Source: Marsupella aquatica (taxonomy: Eukaryota > Plantae > Marchantiophyta). Taken from it: DNA of 64,000 nucleotides. Shown piece after piece: positions 63,092 through 64,000 of the stretch (position 1 is its first letter; every line of letters starts with the position of its first letter). The notes below the pieces were generated by a model. It was not told the origin of the DNA and made no database searches. It saw only the letters and a program-made list of their open reading frames with translations. Location of the stretch: NCBI GenBank assembly GCA_973895155.1, contig OZ316895.1:19084508-19148507 (forward strand). Direction: 5' to 3'. The position numbers and the translations under genes are program-made.

Positions 63092-64000
63092 ATTAGCTTG
63101 GTGCTCGATAGCCATGGATGTTAGAAGGATGCATTGGGCATGAGGATGTAGTGAGTGCAAGGTGGAGTTAGATAGAATTAAGAGTCCTGTGAGAGCACTA
63201 CTAGATTCAGGTTCCGAGGTGAATATTATTTTGATGCGCATTTATGAGGAGGGACAGTGGGCAGTGGACCGTCATAGTGGATGGGGAGTTAGGTCTGTTA
63301 GTGTGGACAAGAATAGTTTTTGGGGAGCTTGTCCCGGAGTTAAGCTCCGTATTGGGGACATTGTGGAACCAATGAATGTTTTTGTTCATGAGAGTCTTCC
63401 CATACAGATGATTTTAGGGCAGCCATTTATCACAGAGATGAGGATGGTGACACAGGTTTTAGATGATGGGACGCATGTGGCCTTGATCCGGAGTAGAGAC
63501 GGGTCTTAAGATGATACAGTTTCCTACGGTGCAAGCTGCCCATCCTAGAAATTGTATAGAGTTATGGGAGGGGAAGAAGAATGAAGGGAAATTTGAGGAT
63601 TTGACTAGGCGCCTTGGATAGGAAGACGACTGAACAAGGTGCCATGACAGGGATATCGTCCACATCAGGAGAGTTAGAGAAAGTTTTAGTTTCATCTTTT
63701 GTTGGATTTGGGTTTGGGAGAGTTATAGTCCATGTTAAGAGAGAGGAATGTTGTAGAAAGGTTGTGCGTGGGTTATGTAGAGAGGAAGACAAGTTACATA
63801 AGGAACTAGGGATAGAACCAGATGAGTGCTTAGAGGGTTATATAGATGAGTTTGGGATAGGGGAGACAGTTAAGCAAACCTTAGAACTGATAGGAAGAGG
63901 AGTGAGTGAGATTGAAATTGGGAAGGATTTATATGGAGTGATTAGCAATTTTGTGGGAAGTCAAGTAAATGTGGATACAAAGTATAAGACAATCGATAAG
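63091..64000 (+). mobile_element. LTR retrotransposon (Ty3/gypsy-like) aspartic protease region, degenerate, continues past the window
   Basis: VRALLDSGSEVNII (D-S-G active site) and MILGQPF (ILG motif), followed by purine-rich pol-like sequence with stops. Confidence 0.75.

Overview
Eukaryotic nuclear DNA from a land plant. Compact genes with many short GT-AG introns suggest a non-seed or bryophyte-grade plant, which is inference only. There are three clear host genes: a TOPLESS/TPR corepressor (+, 3142-11391), the DNA primase large subunit PRIM2 (+, 25189-30938) and a single-exon P-class PPR gene (-, 56879-59599). A probable diverged PRIM2 paralogue exon runs off the left edge. The rest is transposon-rich: an apparently intact 5.4 kb Mutator-like element, PIF/Harbinger remnants, several MITEs, a tRNA-derived SINE, two RTE/RTEX-like LINE families, a degenerate L1 and Ty3/gypsy fragments. 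Most striking findings: (1) a Ty3/gypsy pol that carries a DNMT3-like C5-cytosine methyltransferase just upstream of RT and a PHD finger downstream of integrase; (2) the Mutator element has a convergent second gene encoding a predicted membrane anchor plus an RNase H1 N-terminal/caulimovirus-viroplasmin-type hybrid-binding domain; (3) a roughly 16 kb nested mirror-image TE block centred on a near-perfect hairpin at about 39358. All domain calls come from motif recognition by eye and no database searches were run.
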